Assembly (NCBI GenBank): GCA_963693365.1
Contig: CAVNZM010000010.1
Coordinates: 3,966,159-4,030,158, forward strand
Origin: Amoebidium appalachense
Lineage: Eukaryota > Protista > Ichthyosporea
Length of the DNA: 64,000 nt
Direction: 5' to 3'
Below the pieces are notes generated by a model. The model was not told the DNA's origin and did no database searches. It was given only the letters and a program-made list of their open reading frames with translations. This document shows, in pieces, positions 50,361 through 64,000 of this stretch. Numbering within the stretch: position 1 is the stretch's first letter; each line of letters starts with the position of its first letter. Made by a program: the position numbers and the translations under genes.

Positions 50361-51345
50361 CTTCTTGTTTTTTCTTTACACAGCTGAGATAATGTTTATG
50401 TTTCTGTACGAGTTAAAAAAATGCAACTGGAGCGAACACAACGAGAAACCGCAAATGTGACTGCCTTTATCAAAGCAAAACGTCGTTTTATTGACGCTTC
50501 TGGAAGTGGAGCTCTGACGCGTTTCATATCTTTTACTTCGCTTCGGAAATCTAGAGTAGAGTGCGCGGCTATCCAATCGCTAGTGAATTTAACAAAAAAT
50601 GCCCATTTTTGGTTGTTCGTGCGAATTCTGCACTATCAATCAGTCAGCCCTTTCAAGCCTTCGTTAGAAAACACACAAAATATCAGAGGAAAAGCAGGAG
50701 AATAGAACAAAGCGCAATAACAGCTTCTATGATTGTTTCGCGTGAATAAAATTTGCGCGAAAAGAGATTCACCAAGCCTGTGAAGCCAAATGATAAGTTA
50801 TCGGTAAAGATAGCTACTGAGCTCAGGCCGCGAGTCAGGCTGCCGACCGTGCAATTGCCTAGAATGTCCAATCAGAAACGGATCTCATTACCCAAATATA
50901 GATTAGTGCTAATGATTGGTTAGGGCCAGAGGAGGGCAGGCCAGCTATCAAATTGTAGGCTTCATGACCGCGGCTGGAACAGTGCCCCATGCACCAATAA
51001 ATGGACGGTGGCGATGGTCAGGTTTGATACATGGGAACGTGGCGTCATGCACCCGAAGGTCGGTAAAAGCATGAGGGGCCCAATATTCCTTTTTACTGAC
51101 GTAGTACGCGTGCGTGTATTTATGTATGTACATGTGATTTACACCTGCAGACAATAGACGGCACCCGGAGATGATTTATAAATATGGTTATGCTCAGGCC
51201 TAGGGGCACATGGGAACTGGGCCCTGCTACAGCCTGCCTCAGACTGATTATGAGCTATGTAGTCGTGGTAGTCGTGGTTCGAATTCAAAGCTGAGTGTCA
51301 CAGGAGTGCTTGATTTTTAACGCAAGAAGGGGGGGGAATGGAGGA

Positions 51346-51376
<31 letters not shown>

Positions 51377-51488
51377 ATACCTAGTGATATATAATAGAAT
51401 TCGAAGCTGCAGTCCTTTACACGCCGGCCGGGGTTCCGGGGGGAGAGGAGCTGGGGAGAGGCCCTGATCCGGAGAGAGAGAGAGGGGT

Positions 51489-51533
<45 letters not shown>

Positions 51534-51954
51534 GTGCATGTGATGTACCCATCCAGCTAGAAAGGGGAGGGGGGCTCGAGGGGAGGAGGGGGGAGGACCC
51601 ACCACCCACCTGGAGGACCTGGTACCGGGTGGGTCCCCCCCCCTTCCCCTCGGATTCGCAGAGGCTGTCTAAGTCATGAATGAATGACCATATGCATATG
51701 CTTATAATCATCAGAGTGCTATCTATGGCTCAGTAGAGGTTTATTAGCTATAAAGTGTTAGACTAGATACAACATTAAAGTTCCTCAAACATAAAACACG
51801 CAATTTGATGCATTGCAAGGAGTCATTCATACAGTAATCATTTTAAAAACCGTCATGAGCTACATATAATGTGACTTACAACAGTGTCACTACGGGTATG
51901 ATATCGAACGCCCCTTTCCTAGCACGTAATAGTATAAAATGTATACCTACATAG

Positions 51955-51993
<39 letters not shown>

Positions 51994-52058
51994 ACCCCCC
52001 GGGAAATATTCCCCTGATTTGATTCAATCCCCCTCCCTCCCTCCCCTCCCCCCCCCCC

Positions 52059-52107
<49 letters not shown>

Positions 52108-52314
52108 CCCCCCGCCCTCTTCCGCTTCCCACTGTCTCGAGTCTGACACAGCACGAGCACCGTCACAGTGTCACACGTATTTCACACGTACCTACTTTAA
52201 CACACACATATTGGAAGGGAATCTTGATTTTCAAAACGAAATGGGGGCAGTTATACAATGTATTGTAACCTTATGTTTTGATTTTTTCTTTTTTCTTTTC
52301 TCCCTTTTTTTTTT

Positions 52315-52369
<55 letters not shown>

Positions 52370-52652
52370 TCACCTTTGGACAAGTACTAGTGGGTCCCCC
52401 CCCTCCCCCCCCCCCCCTACCTGGAAGGGGGAAGTGGGGAGGGTGGGGAAGGGGGAGGGGGAGGGGGGTTGGTACCCTGCTCGCAGGGGGAAGGGGGGAG
52501 GGCCTGATCATAAAATAGTAGTATGATTTAGCAACGACTTTTTTGCATACAAGTTGTACACAGGTTTTCCCAAAACGTAATAAACATCGTGTTCACTATT
52601 AGGACTTGTTGACTGATGATCACCCACCCCTTCCCCAATACCCCCCCCCCCC

Positions 52653-52691
<39 letters not shown>

Positions 52692-52710
52692 AGCTTCTCC
52701 AACACACACA

Positions 52711-52761
<51 letters not shown>

Positions 52762-52783
52762 GCGCGCACGTGACACACGCACA

Positions 52784-52814
<31 letters not shown>

Positions 52815-53196
52815 GCGCGCACACGCACACGCACACACATAAGCACACACACACTGTAGCATTGAATCGGGCACATTGCTACGACGATGCCGTCCCACGG
52901 TACGATGCCAAAACGCACACACATTCCAGGACCTAATACCATCCGTCACTGGCCCGCATACACAAAGAGAGACAACGTTGGCACTTAGCCATTATGCAAA
53001 CACACACCTTCCCAAACATAACGCACATGCGCGCACATGCACGGAATTCGAAGGCACACTGACGTTGCCCCAAATCAGTAACTTAAAATGTAAAGCGCTG
53101 ATCGAAAAGAATATACGTTGCTGGATGGGGTTATAGAAGAGAGATATTTCACCATGGCCATTGCACGAGGAGGAGGGGGAGGGGGGGGGAGGGTGT

Positions 53197-53227
<31 letters not shown>

Positions 53228-54697
53228 GGGGGGGAGGGGGAGCCTGCTAAAAACAAAAGAGAAGGGGAGGGGTTGGGGTGGTCGGGTGGTGTGGAGTTTG
53301 GGGTGGGGTGGGGGGGGGGGGGGGGGGGGGGGGGGGGGAGGAGGTAGATCTCTCATGATTTCAAGCAAGGGGAAGAGGGGCGGGGGGATGGGGTAGGGGT
53401 ATTTAGAGCAGGTACATGTGCCCCCTCCCCCCCCCCCCCCTCCACACCCGTTTTACAGGAAACTTTTGCACCGGGAAATTTTTGCACTGGAGGTTGATGT
53501 ACTGTAATTGTGTCTATGCGGTTTTCACTGAATGTTTTCGTGCTCATTGGTATTTAAGTATGGAAAACCAAATAACACGTTTCTAATAGCTGTTTTTGCC
53601 AAGTTTCTAGCATGTTTTGGGCAGCCAAGGAAAGTCAGCTTCGTGTCCCCCTAAACCGTTCGTTACGGTATAACTGGGTGGGGGGGGGGGGGGGGGGGGG
53701 GGGGGAGTGGGGAGGCATGATGCAAGTGGCTTAGTAACGATATTCTGAGCAGAAAGCTGAAATTTCACAAAGAAATGCATAACCACCTAAACAGGGCAAA
53801 TTTTTTTTTAGAATACTAGAACAGAGACACAACTCCATTTCGAAGAAGGTTAGGTTTTTCAATACAGACTAGAGAGACGCTCTTGTGTGAATACTTCCCA
53901 GTGCAAAAAATTCCTGTCACAACCCCCCTCCTTCCCCCGAGTCTCTCAATGGGTGAAAAGGTGGACGTAGCACGAGGGTGGACGTCGATTTTGCTACTCA
54001 GGTTGTCCCTCCCCTCCTCCTCCTCCCCCCCCCCCCCTCCTCCTCCCCCCGCTCCTAAATAGGCACACACACGTGAACATCTACATGCACACTACAAACA
54101 CAACCACACACATGCACATACACACACACGTGCAAGCGCCCATGCTCAAGCAAGCTGAAGCGCACACACACACTCGCATACATGTACATTAGCATACTTA
54201 CTGGTACACGCACATACACACATATGCACATCCATGCACGCACTCACCCACGTGGACATGTACATAGGCGAGTGTGTGCGATACTGTGGGTGTGCCGGGC
54301 CCCCTACGTATCCGCCCAGACCGTCCCACCACCTGGCCGTCGCTCCGCCAATAGGAAACGGGCTGTAACCGGACAGCATGATAGAAGTACGGGCCACTTA
54401 TTCGCCAGTTATGGTGATAATCCACTGACGGTCCAGCCAATACATAAACTCGCCTGAAGTTCAATCAGTAGATCAAATAGCTGGAAAATAACAAAGAAAT
54501 GCTACTTGGAGCGCACATAAGTAGGAGCGAAGTAATTTGAAGCATAATGACCGAACCAAGATATCTATTTAAGAACAGAGGTAGACACTTAGCGAGACAA
54601 TACACGTAAGACAAACTCCGGGCTGTGTAATAACAAAACTTTACGGAAGATAAAACCGACATTCTAAGTAACTAACCAAGTATCTTGGGAGGGCCCG

Positions 54698-55034
54698 ACC
54701 ACATTGGTAGAGTCAACCTGCTCCGAGCAGAATGATTGTGCTCTTTAAAAGCAGAATTATTCCCAGAATTCTGTCAGAAGCAAAAGTATTCTGTGAAAAG
54801 TCCAATAATTTTTTAAAAAACAGATGTTTTCAGTGAAAGCAGACATTACAGGCATTATTATTCTGCTTTTAGCAGAATCACTCACCTTTTAGCAGAATTA
54901 TCCTGATTCTAGCAGAATCACTCGGCAAGGGCAGATTTGTTCTGCTCACGGCAGCGGAATAAACTTGCTCCATACATCATTTTGCTTTTTGCAGAACAAT
55001 TCTGCTCGGAGCATGTTGGCTCTGCCGATATGGT
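54698..55034. mobile_element. MITE with ~35-bp imperfect TIRs and internal agcagaat repeats; partial second copy at 55652-55755
   Basis: accacattggtagagtcaacctgctccgagcagaat is inverted relative to attctgctcggagcatgttggctctgccgatatggt. Confidence 0.7.
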
Positions 55035-55550
55035 TGCTCTCTCTCTGGCATGTACATTGTCAATCGGAAACGTGTATGCAGGCTCATGTACACGAAGAGA
55101 GAGAGGGAGGGGGAGAGAGAGAAGAGAGAGAGAGATTCTCGGAGAAATCCAGTATTTATGCATGTGTACATGTGTGAGTGTGTGCGTGTATGTGTGTGCA
55201 CCCATGCGCGCACGCGTGCACGTCAGGACCTGTACAAGGCCTGAGGAGAGAGGGAAAGAAATGACAACAGCATATTGAAATGATGAACACCAATATATTG
55301 ATGAATTTAGGCATAAATATGGATATTACAAGACTTAGTGAGAGCGGGAGCTCTAAAGAGAGAGAGAGCTCTACTGAGAGAGAGAGCGAGAGAGAGAACA
55401 GGGGGGCGGGCCGGGGGGGGGGGGGGGGGGGAGGGGGGAGGGGGGGAGGGGGGGAGGGGGGGAGAGGTCCGGAGAGGGAGAAACTCAGAGAGCCAGAGAG
55501 GGGGGGGGGGGGGAGGGGGAGGGGGGGGGGGGGGGTATTTAGAGAGAGAT

Positions 55551-55623
<73 letters not shown>

Positions 55624-56135
55624 CAGAGAGAGAGAGAGAGAAGGACTCAACCCCATCGGCTGAGTCAACTTGCTCCGAACAGAATTATTCTGCAAAAAGC
55701 AGAAGCATTCTGCTAAAAGCAGAATCATTCAGCAAAAGCAGAATAATTCTGCTACCCCCCCCCCCCCCACCCCTCCCCTACCCCCCCCACTTCTCCCCCG
55801 CGTGCGATGGTCCACTATCTCTCTGGAGTCTGAACCACCCAGCAACATATCTGTTTTTTGACTGGTGCGTGCCAAATAACTTACTACTGATTTGGGGCGG
55901 TGACGTGCACGATGCCGTTAGGGTGTCCGTGTGTGCGTGTGTTAGGTTATGTTTCGGAAGGTGTGTCACGTGCGTGTATCATGGCTCAGTACCAACTTTG
56001 TGTCTTTTGTGTGTGTGTGTGGGGAAAGTCATCCCAGCCAGCATGATACCGAGACCTCGAGCTTCGGCATGTGTGTATGTGTGTAAACATTGAGGGCCGC
56101 ACGGAGGATAGCAGCAATGCGTCTGTGAGTGCCCA

Positions 56136-56184
<49 letters not shown>

Positions 56185-56562
56185 AGTGTGTGTGTGTTGT
56201 GCGCGGGCGCTCGTGCGCATGTTCGTGCCACGGTGCCGTACAGTGTTCGCGTTGTGTGCATGGGGTGAATTGTGCCTACGAGTTGTAGCTAATCATTTAG
56301 TATGATCCCTGCCCGTCAGTGTTCCGGCTGTGCCCACGCACGCACGTATAAGTGTTTTCCGTGACTCAGTTGCTTGTGCCCGGCGGTATATGTGCGCATA
56401 TGTGCTTATGTGCGTGTATGTGTGTTGTTTGCCTTGGGCGCATGGGCTGTGCATGCATTAAGGAAAAGGGAGGAGGGGTGGCGGGAGGGAAGGAAGTAGG
56501 AGTCTCGAGAGCCTCAAGAGTGTGGGGGGAGGGACGGAGGCGGCGGCGGCGGTGGCGGCGGT

Positions 56563-56607
<45 letters not shown>

Positions 56608-57403
56608 GTGTGTTTGTGTTCACCTGTGTGAGTGCCTGTGTGCCACTGTGTACCTCTTCCACAGGGCGGGTGGGTCCCTCATCTTTCCCCCCCCCCCCCC
56701 CCCCCGGCCAAAAGGTAGTCGCAGGGATGGGTAAGAGACAACCACTTCTACATAGCGGATCGAGAGTAGGGGAGTTTCGCAGGAAGTAGTTTGACATCTC
56801 GGATCCTCCGGTACCATCCGGCTGCTTTATATACCTGCGCGGATGCCAGTTTGCGAATACATCGTCCAATAGGATTACAGATCGTCTCTCAGGATAGATC
56901 GGGATTATGTACTAGCCAATAGGAAGACAGTTATGGTTAGCGTATGCGGCCCCAGGCGGTCCCCAAGTACGCGGGGGTGGGATAGGCGGGAACAGGCTAA
57001 GTACGTGACTGGGAAGAGAAGGAATAAACAGATAGACTATTCTCATCATAACAAAAAATGAAACCCAACCTGGAGGCGTTTGGAGCCCGCCCATGGAATG
57101 CGTCGTATAAGGTTAAAGCGATCCTATTGGTTAGTGTGTTTCAATCACAAGCACTCAAGTTTGTACAGTTGATGTCATAACTAGGTGGACATCAATATTG
57201 ACAATAATGTGACACAGGTATTTAACATCTGGTATTACATGATTGTGCTAAGGTTTGTTAAGGATGAGGCTGCTGCTATATTATGCGTTTTCTCACTGCT
57301 TCACCCGTCAAAAAGTCATGTGCGTGGTCCATGGTCACTGCGCAGTGTTCACTGCTCACTCATGATCATCCAATCGGGTTCGAGCTAGCCCTTGCTCACA
57401 TGG

Positions 57404-57413
57404 GTATATAAAG
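57404..57413 (+). promoter_or_regulatory. TATA box of the hydrolase gene
   Basis: GTATATAAAG lies about 185 bp upstream of the ATG, with CCAAT at about 57370. The Cys-rich genes have the same motif. Confidence 0.55.
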
Positions 57414-57589
57414 AGCTCGCCCCCTTCCGTACACAACAAACCGTGTGCTGGTGTCGGGGCCTCATGCCTCTTTTTGCAGTGTTTGGCGTAGTTTATACTG
57501 TGAAGAGAAACGTTGAGTATACCTTAAGCTTACGAAACATAGGCAGATTGAGTAAGAATAGCACGGGAAAACAACCACAAACCAAAAAA

Positions 57590-58844
57590 ATGAACTCTCT
57601 GCTTTTTCTTGCGGGTGCAACGGCCTTGCTGTTGACACCGTCTGTCCAGGCATGCAGCGACTTTCAAATGCGCTACCCCATCACCAACGACCCATGCACC
57701 TCGTACACGGTGTCTGCACGAACTATCGACTGGGGCAACCCGGACATGTGGGCCAACCTGCACGCCGTCCCAGAGGGCACAGAGATGGAACTCATGGACG
57801 GCATCGACTGCAAAGGCTGCGCTATCACAAACATTACTGCAAAATACGGTCACGTTTACGTCGACATCTTTAACGATACACGCGCTGCTATTGACGGGTT
57901 GAATGTCGCCGGTCTGTCTGGGGCCCTTTTGGAGCTTCTTGGTGAATATGGCACCGTGTACCCAATACGTTAAAGAGGACACCCGCCCTGCCCTCACCGC
58001 CTACAGTCTTGTCACCTATATGCTCGCCATGTGTGACACTGTCGACTGTGTAAAGAAAGAACTGGAGTCGCATCAAATCATTGAAGGGTACACTCCTGTT
58101 TTGGATTTAATCGGCGGGACATACGGCTCGCACATCCAGTTCCACGACCGCGCTGGAAAGTCGCTGGTGCTCGAGTACATCGGTGCAAATTTCTCCTCTT
58201 TGGCCCCTCTGTGCTTCAAGTCGACCGATTCCATGCACAAGTACGCTGAACAGGCGGGCGCACGTGTGTGCTTTTACGACAACAACGCGGTGAAGGTGAT
58301 GACCAACGAACCAAACTTTGAGCAGATGCTCGCCAACCTGACCGGTCGTCTCGGAGGCGTCGAATACGAAGATATCTCCACCGTCAGGAACACCACCATC
58401 GCCGAAGTTCTGCGCACGTCGGGGGGTTTCACGCCAAGCCACCGTTTTGCACACCTTGCCATGCTCCAGGAGTTGGGTGTGCGCAACAATGGGGAGTGGG
58501 TGTTTGGCACCCAAAACGATGTGCTCTCGTTTGCGCCAACGGCCCCGGGAGAGGACCATATCAGCGCTGCGACGGCCATGATTGGGCGTGTGACGGTGGC
58601 CAAGGGTCTTGCGGTTCTCGAGCATGACGGGATGCAGGATTGGACCACGTCGAACACTTTTGCGAGGGATCATGTTAATGGGCTGTATTATTTCAACACA
58701 CCTGCTGTTAGAAACTTGCGCGTGGCAAATCTGAACAAGCTTGTACTAGGGGAGGATGGGAAAGGTTTGAAGAGAAGAAAGCTGCCCCTTGCAAAGCCGC
58801 TTGGGCCCAAGTATGATGATGTGAGCATAGCCTTGTGGGACTAG
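57590..58844 (+). CDS. Secreted Ntn-hydrolase of the choloylglycine hydrolase / penicillin V acylase family; intronless, with a +1 frameshift at about 57961-57963
   Basis: A 21-aa signal peptide is followed directly by the nucleophile Cys (CSDF). Motifs SARTIDW, DGLNVAGLS, HIQFHDRAGKSLVLEY, VMTNEP and GGFTPSHRF are present. Two overlapping ORFs join if one base of the CCC run is removed. Confidence 0.85.
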
Positions 58845-59154
58845 AGTCATTGAGTCATTTTGTTCACTGCTCTGCGAGAATTTTCAGTCTAATTTGTGCT
58901 GATGGTGGGAGATATTTGACTCCCATAAAATCCTTAGCCTGACTAATGATAGGTTTCGTTTGAGTCCCTTGATTGCAACAGTCTGTCTAGTTGCCCACAG
59001 CTGCTACGTTTTGTGTGTGTTTTTGATTTATTTTATTTTATTTATTTTTTTAATTAGGGCTGCTGCTAATGGCACATGTCATTTCATTAAGTTGTGACAC
59101 TGTGCAAGCTCGAAGGCACCGATGTTTATACATTCCAATAGTAACCGGGCTTCA

Positions 59155-59219
<65 letters not shown>

Positions 59220-59231
59220 GGGGGGGGGGGG

Positions 59232-59266
<35 letters not shown>

Positions 59267-59400
59267 CTGGGGAAAAAATCAATATGCATGACATCTGAGA
59301 TGTCGCATATATACAACGTGCAACTGCGTTGATGCCACACGGTGTAAGTTACGGATATTAATCCGGAAGACTTGAGTACAGGATTTTTATCAGTGAATGT

Positions 59401-59431
<31 letters not shown>

Positions 59432-59766
59432 GGGGGGGGGGGAGGGGGGGAGGGGGGCATGCATAGCATATTGAGACCCTCCTGGTAGTCACTGAGTCCC
59501 CCGAAGCTTCAGGCCCTGTCAGTGAGGTGGACCCTCTCTTCCCTACCTTCCCCCTTTCCCCATCGCCTCCCTGTCATATGTGAATGTGGGGGGGTACGGG
59601 TTGCTCTGCAGCCCCTCCCCCCCCACCCCTTCCGGGGGGAAAGGGATCCACCTCTCCGGTGGGGTGATAGCCCAGGTACCCGGTTCACACACACACACAC
59701 ACACACACACTCTCTCTCTCTCTCTCTCTCTCTCCTCTCTCTATCTCCCTCTCTCCCTCCCTCTCT

Positions 59767-59843
<77 letters not shown>

Positions 59844-60160
59844 CCCCCCCCCCCCCCCCCCCTCACCCTCTCCTCTCTCCCTCTCTCTCCCCCCCCCCCC
59901 CCTTCTCCCCCCCCCCACTCTCCCCACTCCCCCCCCTCTTTACCCCCCCCGGGCCCTCTCCCTGGTGCGCAGCTCGACGCTCCTGCGCACCCCCGGGGTT
60001 CTTCAGTTTTACTCCCTTTCTCGTCCCCACCAACTTCATGCCATCGTTTCCTATCACTGCGCACTTCAAATCCATCAATGTCAGTCTTGCCTTTCGATTT
60101 CAGGTTTACGCACCGTGGCATGTGCGTCTCTCTCTGTGTGTGTACGGTGTGTGTGTTGCG

Positions 60161-60216
<56 letters not shown>

Positions 60217-60466
60217 TTGTACGTTGGCATGTGTGCACGCCACGCACGCGTGTGTCGGGTACGGTGTGTGTGTGTGTGCGCGTGTGTGACGGTGTGTGTG
60301 TGTGTGTGTGTGCGTGCGTGTTGTGTGCATGGGCGCGCAGGGTGTGTGCCAGTGCCAAGTTGCAATGGTGTGTAGCAGTTCAATTGTCTGCGTGCACGAG
60401 TGCACCATAGTGCATAGTGTCAGTTGTATCTTTTACACTATATAGCTCTGCCGGGGGCTGGGTGGG

Positions 60467-60503
<37 letters not shown>

Positions 60504-60769
60504 GGGGGGAGGGGGGCGGCCGGGAAAGAGAAGGGAGGGGGGGGGAGGGGTGGGGTGGGGTGGGGGGTGGGGGGGTGGGGGGGAAGACTCTTAAGGTTAA
60601 ACAGGGAGTGAGAGAACTACTATTGAATCAATGTATGAATAGGAGGGAGAGAAATTCTCGACGATGTGCGTGTGCGCAACATTATGATGTGCCGCGTCTT
60701 GTGCATATTTAATATCGTATCAGTGAGGGAAATGTTAACCGTATATTTGTGTGTGCCACGTTCGAATGT

Positions 60770-60952
60770 GCCACAAAGTACGAAGTGCACAATTACAACG
60801 GATAACACAATGCCGAGTCCAAACCACATTTATATTAAGGGTATGCAGAATATGCAGAGCTCATCCTCATGAAGGGCCCAAGTCATCCACAGTACTAGTA
60901 CACAAGTTTCAAACCATTCACCTCGTCGACGAAACCCAACATAGATACTGTT
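60770..60952 (-). mobile_element. Old, diverged subfamily A copy
   Basis: gttcgaatg...aagtacgaagtgcac...acggataacac...gcagagctcatcctca...gggcccaagtcatccacagtac...attcacctcgtcgacgaaacccaac.tagatactgtt. Confidence 0.7.
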
Positions 60953-61286
60953 AAAAATTCACATATTAGTGTTGTGGCAAAATAACATGCAATCGTGGAA
61001 TCACCGTGGGATAAAAAAAAAACAAAAAAAACAAAAAAACTAGAAAAGTCCAAAATATGTTGCCAGATCGTGCACAGCCTCCACAGACTCGTTCATTAAC
61101 GGGCACGGGTAAAAAAAAAAAAAAAAGTTGTACTGCCAAGTCGTGCAAGTCTCCATTTGGGGAAGGCAAAAAAAAAAAAAAAGAGGGCAAAAAAAAAAAC
61201 AAAAAAAAAAAACAAAAAAAAAACGCTGCCAAGTCGAACTAAAATAACCCCGAGAATATTATGATCAAAAAAGAGGAAAGAAGGGC

Positions 61287-61329
<43 letters not shown>

Positions 61330-61871
61330 CCCAGCAGGTCGTGCACATGATCTCCACCGTCGGGTCGTCCATTGGCTAAAAAACAAACAACAAAAAACAC
61401 CGAGTCTAGTGCCTGCATACATTGTGCAGTTGTAACTTTTGAATGAATACAGGAGGCACACACAGATCACAGATCCATGCAAGTCAAACCCGTGGCCGTT
61501 TTTTATTTTTCCGTTTTTTGTATTTTGCATGTGTGTGTGTGCATATGTCCCTGTGTGTGCTGTGTGTGTAGAGTGGACCTAAGCGATTAATTCAGTATAC
61601 ACAGGTGTATTGGTAAATTTGAACGCCGTGACTAAACATGTAAGAATACTTGTTGGTGTAGAAATATCCGTGTCCACGGCAGATATTCTATTGAAACATA
61701 TGGGCTGAATTGGTATAAATGCTGTGAAACCCAACATATTCTAAACTGAAAAACCGGTAAAATTGGAGTCTTACACCGTTGGGTTGAGTCATAGACTCAC
61801 TTTCCCTGATTCCTGCGCATCAACTCCTGTTGCAGTTGCATGAGCTGTTGTGTGTTTGTGTGTGTGTGTTT

Positions 61872-61915
<44 letters not shown>

Positions 61916-62252
61916 AAGATGCATCAACCAGTGTGTGCGGTGAGATGGTTTTCAGGCCCATACGTCAGTATGTGGATAAAGTGCACAAACATACTGTTGG
62001 GACGATGGCTCTGTAGACTGCTTTTTCCGAAAACAAAATAGAACTTCCAATAACAGACAAGCAGAGTGTGCCCCCCCCCCCCCCCCCCCCCCCTCCGTCC
62101 CCCAATAAAATGCTTACACAGGCATGCACAAACACGTGCATGTTGGCACGCACACACACACCGACGTAGATGCCGACTCCACACACACCGCCCACTCGCA
62201 CACTCATACTCCACTAGGTGGACACACAACCCTCATCTCACACAACACTCCA

Positions 62253-62302
<50 letters not shown>

Positions 62303-63147
62303 ACGCACACACACGTACGCACGCACGCACGCACGCACGCACACATCCACACATCCACACATCCACCCACCCAACCATTCATCCCCCCTCCTCCTCCTCC
62401 CCCCCACCACCACCACCAGCGCCTATCCCCCTCTTTCCTTAGTCCCCCCCCCCCCCCCCCCCCCCCCCTACACACACACCTTGTCCCGTTTCTCCGTCTG
62501 CTTTCTTTCCAAATCCCTCATTGCTGTTTCCATCCTGTCTCTGTGGGTTCGAGGGCCCATTAGAATTAAAAAAAAAAAAATCTACCCATGCACCCCCCCT
62601 AACACTCACAAAAGGAATGTAAAAAGACACACACACACTCATAGGCAACGAAAAGACTATCTACACAACCAATACATCACAAATGCCAATACAGAGAAGT
62701 TTATTCACAACCTCCCTTCCCTCTCCCCCCCCCCTCCCAATCATTGACAACGAACATAACACACGCACACCAAGTAATCACATATGTCATATAGAGGTTC
62801 ATTGACTACTTCTCCCCCCCCCCCCCCTCCCCCCCCCCCCCCCCCCCCATCCTCGCTCCCCCCTCCCCCCTCCCCCCCCCCCCCCTTTACCCCCTTCTCC
62901 CCCCCGCCTCCTTCGCCCTTGCCACCCCCCTGCCCCCTCTCCCCACACCCACCTCCCCTCCGGCCCCAAGGTCCCAAGTTAACGGACCAATAAGCAAATA
63001 TGCAATACGTGAACGGGTGAGCTCTCGATAAAACAACAGGTGAGCTGAAGACAAAACTATGGTCGGGAGGGGATGATGTGGACGAGAGCACGAGGGAGAG
63101 AGGAAGGGAGGTCTGTGTGTGTCTGTCTGTGTGTGTGTATGTGTGAG

Positions 63148-63198
<51 letters not shown>

Positions 63199-63226
63199 AC
63201 GGGGGGGGGGGGGGGGGGGGGGGGGG

Positions 63227-64000
63227 GTTTGAAAGCGTCAAAAAGTACGAAGTACACAAGAACAAACGGATAACACGATGCAGAATGCAAGCCATACATA
63301 AAGAGTATGCATAATAAGCAGAGCCCATCCTCAGGGGGGGCCCACGTCATCCACAGTACCCGAGTTTCGACCTATTCCCCTCGTTAACGAAACCCAACTC
63401 AGATACTGTTTCGGGGGGGAGGGTGATGTATGCGTTAGAGGGTTGGAAATATGAAGGAGACAACAAAGAGCAACAACAAAACGTCACAAACGTGGGAAAT
63501 CCAAAATCAAAACAATTAAGCGTGCAGGCAGAAGACACTTAAACAGAGCCCATCGTCAGGGGGGTTCCTATGCCTCCACAAGGGGGGGGGGGGGGGGGGG
63601 GGGGGGTTGTAAGGATTTAAGGCTGGCAACGTGGCAGCTACGCAAGCAAAAGCATTAAAAACCAGAAAGACAAAATCACATAAGAGTCGAAATTAACGTG
63701 CAGGCAGAACACACTCTGAATAGTACCCATAATCCAAGTGTTAGCAGAAGACGAGGGACGGGGGAACTGGGGGAGGGGGTTTGAATGCGGAACACGGTAC
63801 GAAGTACGCATACACGATGAGTAGCATGGTGCAGCACACGTAATAAGGCAAACATTCAAGTATGCAACATCATCCATGCACACAGTATGCGTCATAAGCA
63901 GAGCCCATCCTCAGGGAGGGCCCAAGTCATCAATTGCGTCTGAGTTTCGAACCCTTAGCCCACGTATATACGACTCTCCAACTCAGACAGCAGCATCGAC
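63227..64000 (-). mobile_element. Cluster of repeat copies: A (63227-63412), a fragment (63543-63580) and B (63779 to window end)
   Basis: Same conserved blocks as 25085-25335 and 41822-42104, in the same orientation. Confidence 0.85.

Noticed and set aside
59960-61380. Exon-like minus-strand fragments (e.g. PMDDPTVEIMCTTCWE at 61328-61375)
   Set aside because: Could not be assembled into a phase-consistent or recognisable gene.

Overview
This is eukaryotic nuclear DNA saturated with poly(G)/poly(C), (CA)n and (GA)n tracts, so most of the supplied ORF track is low-complexity noise. A unicellular holozoan such as an ichthyosporean is a plausible source, but that is inference only. Splicing GT-AG exons by hand gives five intron-containing genes: the 3' part of an INTS5-like gene (+), ZNF593/Bud20 (-), RDM1 (+), MRPS34 (-) and a small LIM protein (-). 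There are also two tandem intronless secreted Cys/Thr-rich genes (-) and an intronless secreted Ntn-hydrolase with a 1-nt frameshift (+). Other features are a decayed 5'-truncated LINE, several TIR/MITE insertions and a mitochondrial SSU rRNA fragment (NUMT). The most striking unexplained signal is a ~250-290 bp dispersed repeat with about 13 copies in two subfamilies, all in one orientation and most anchored in poly(G)/(C) runs. Read on the minus strand, it forms a covarying multi-helix RNA that holds the hammerhead core pieces (GUU, GAAAC, CUGANGA) in a split, non-canonical topology. It is a candidate new ribozyme architecture on a Penelope-like retroposon. All protein identities come from recalled family motifs and all RNA folds were done by eye; none was checked by search or computation.
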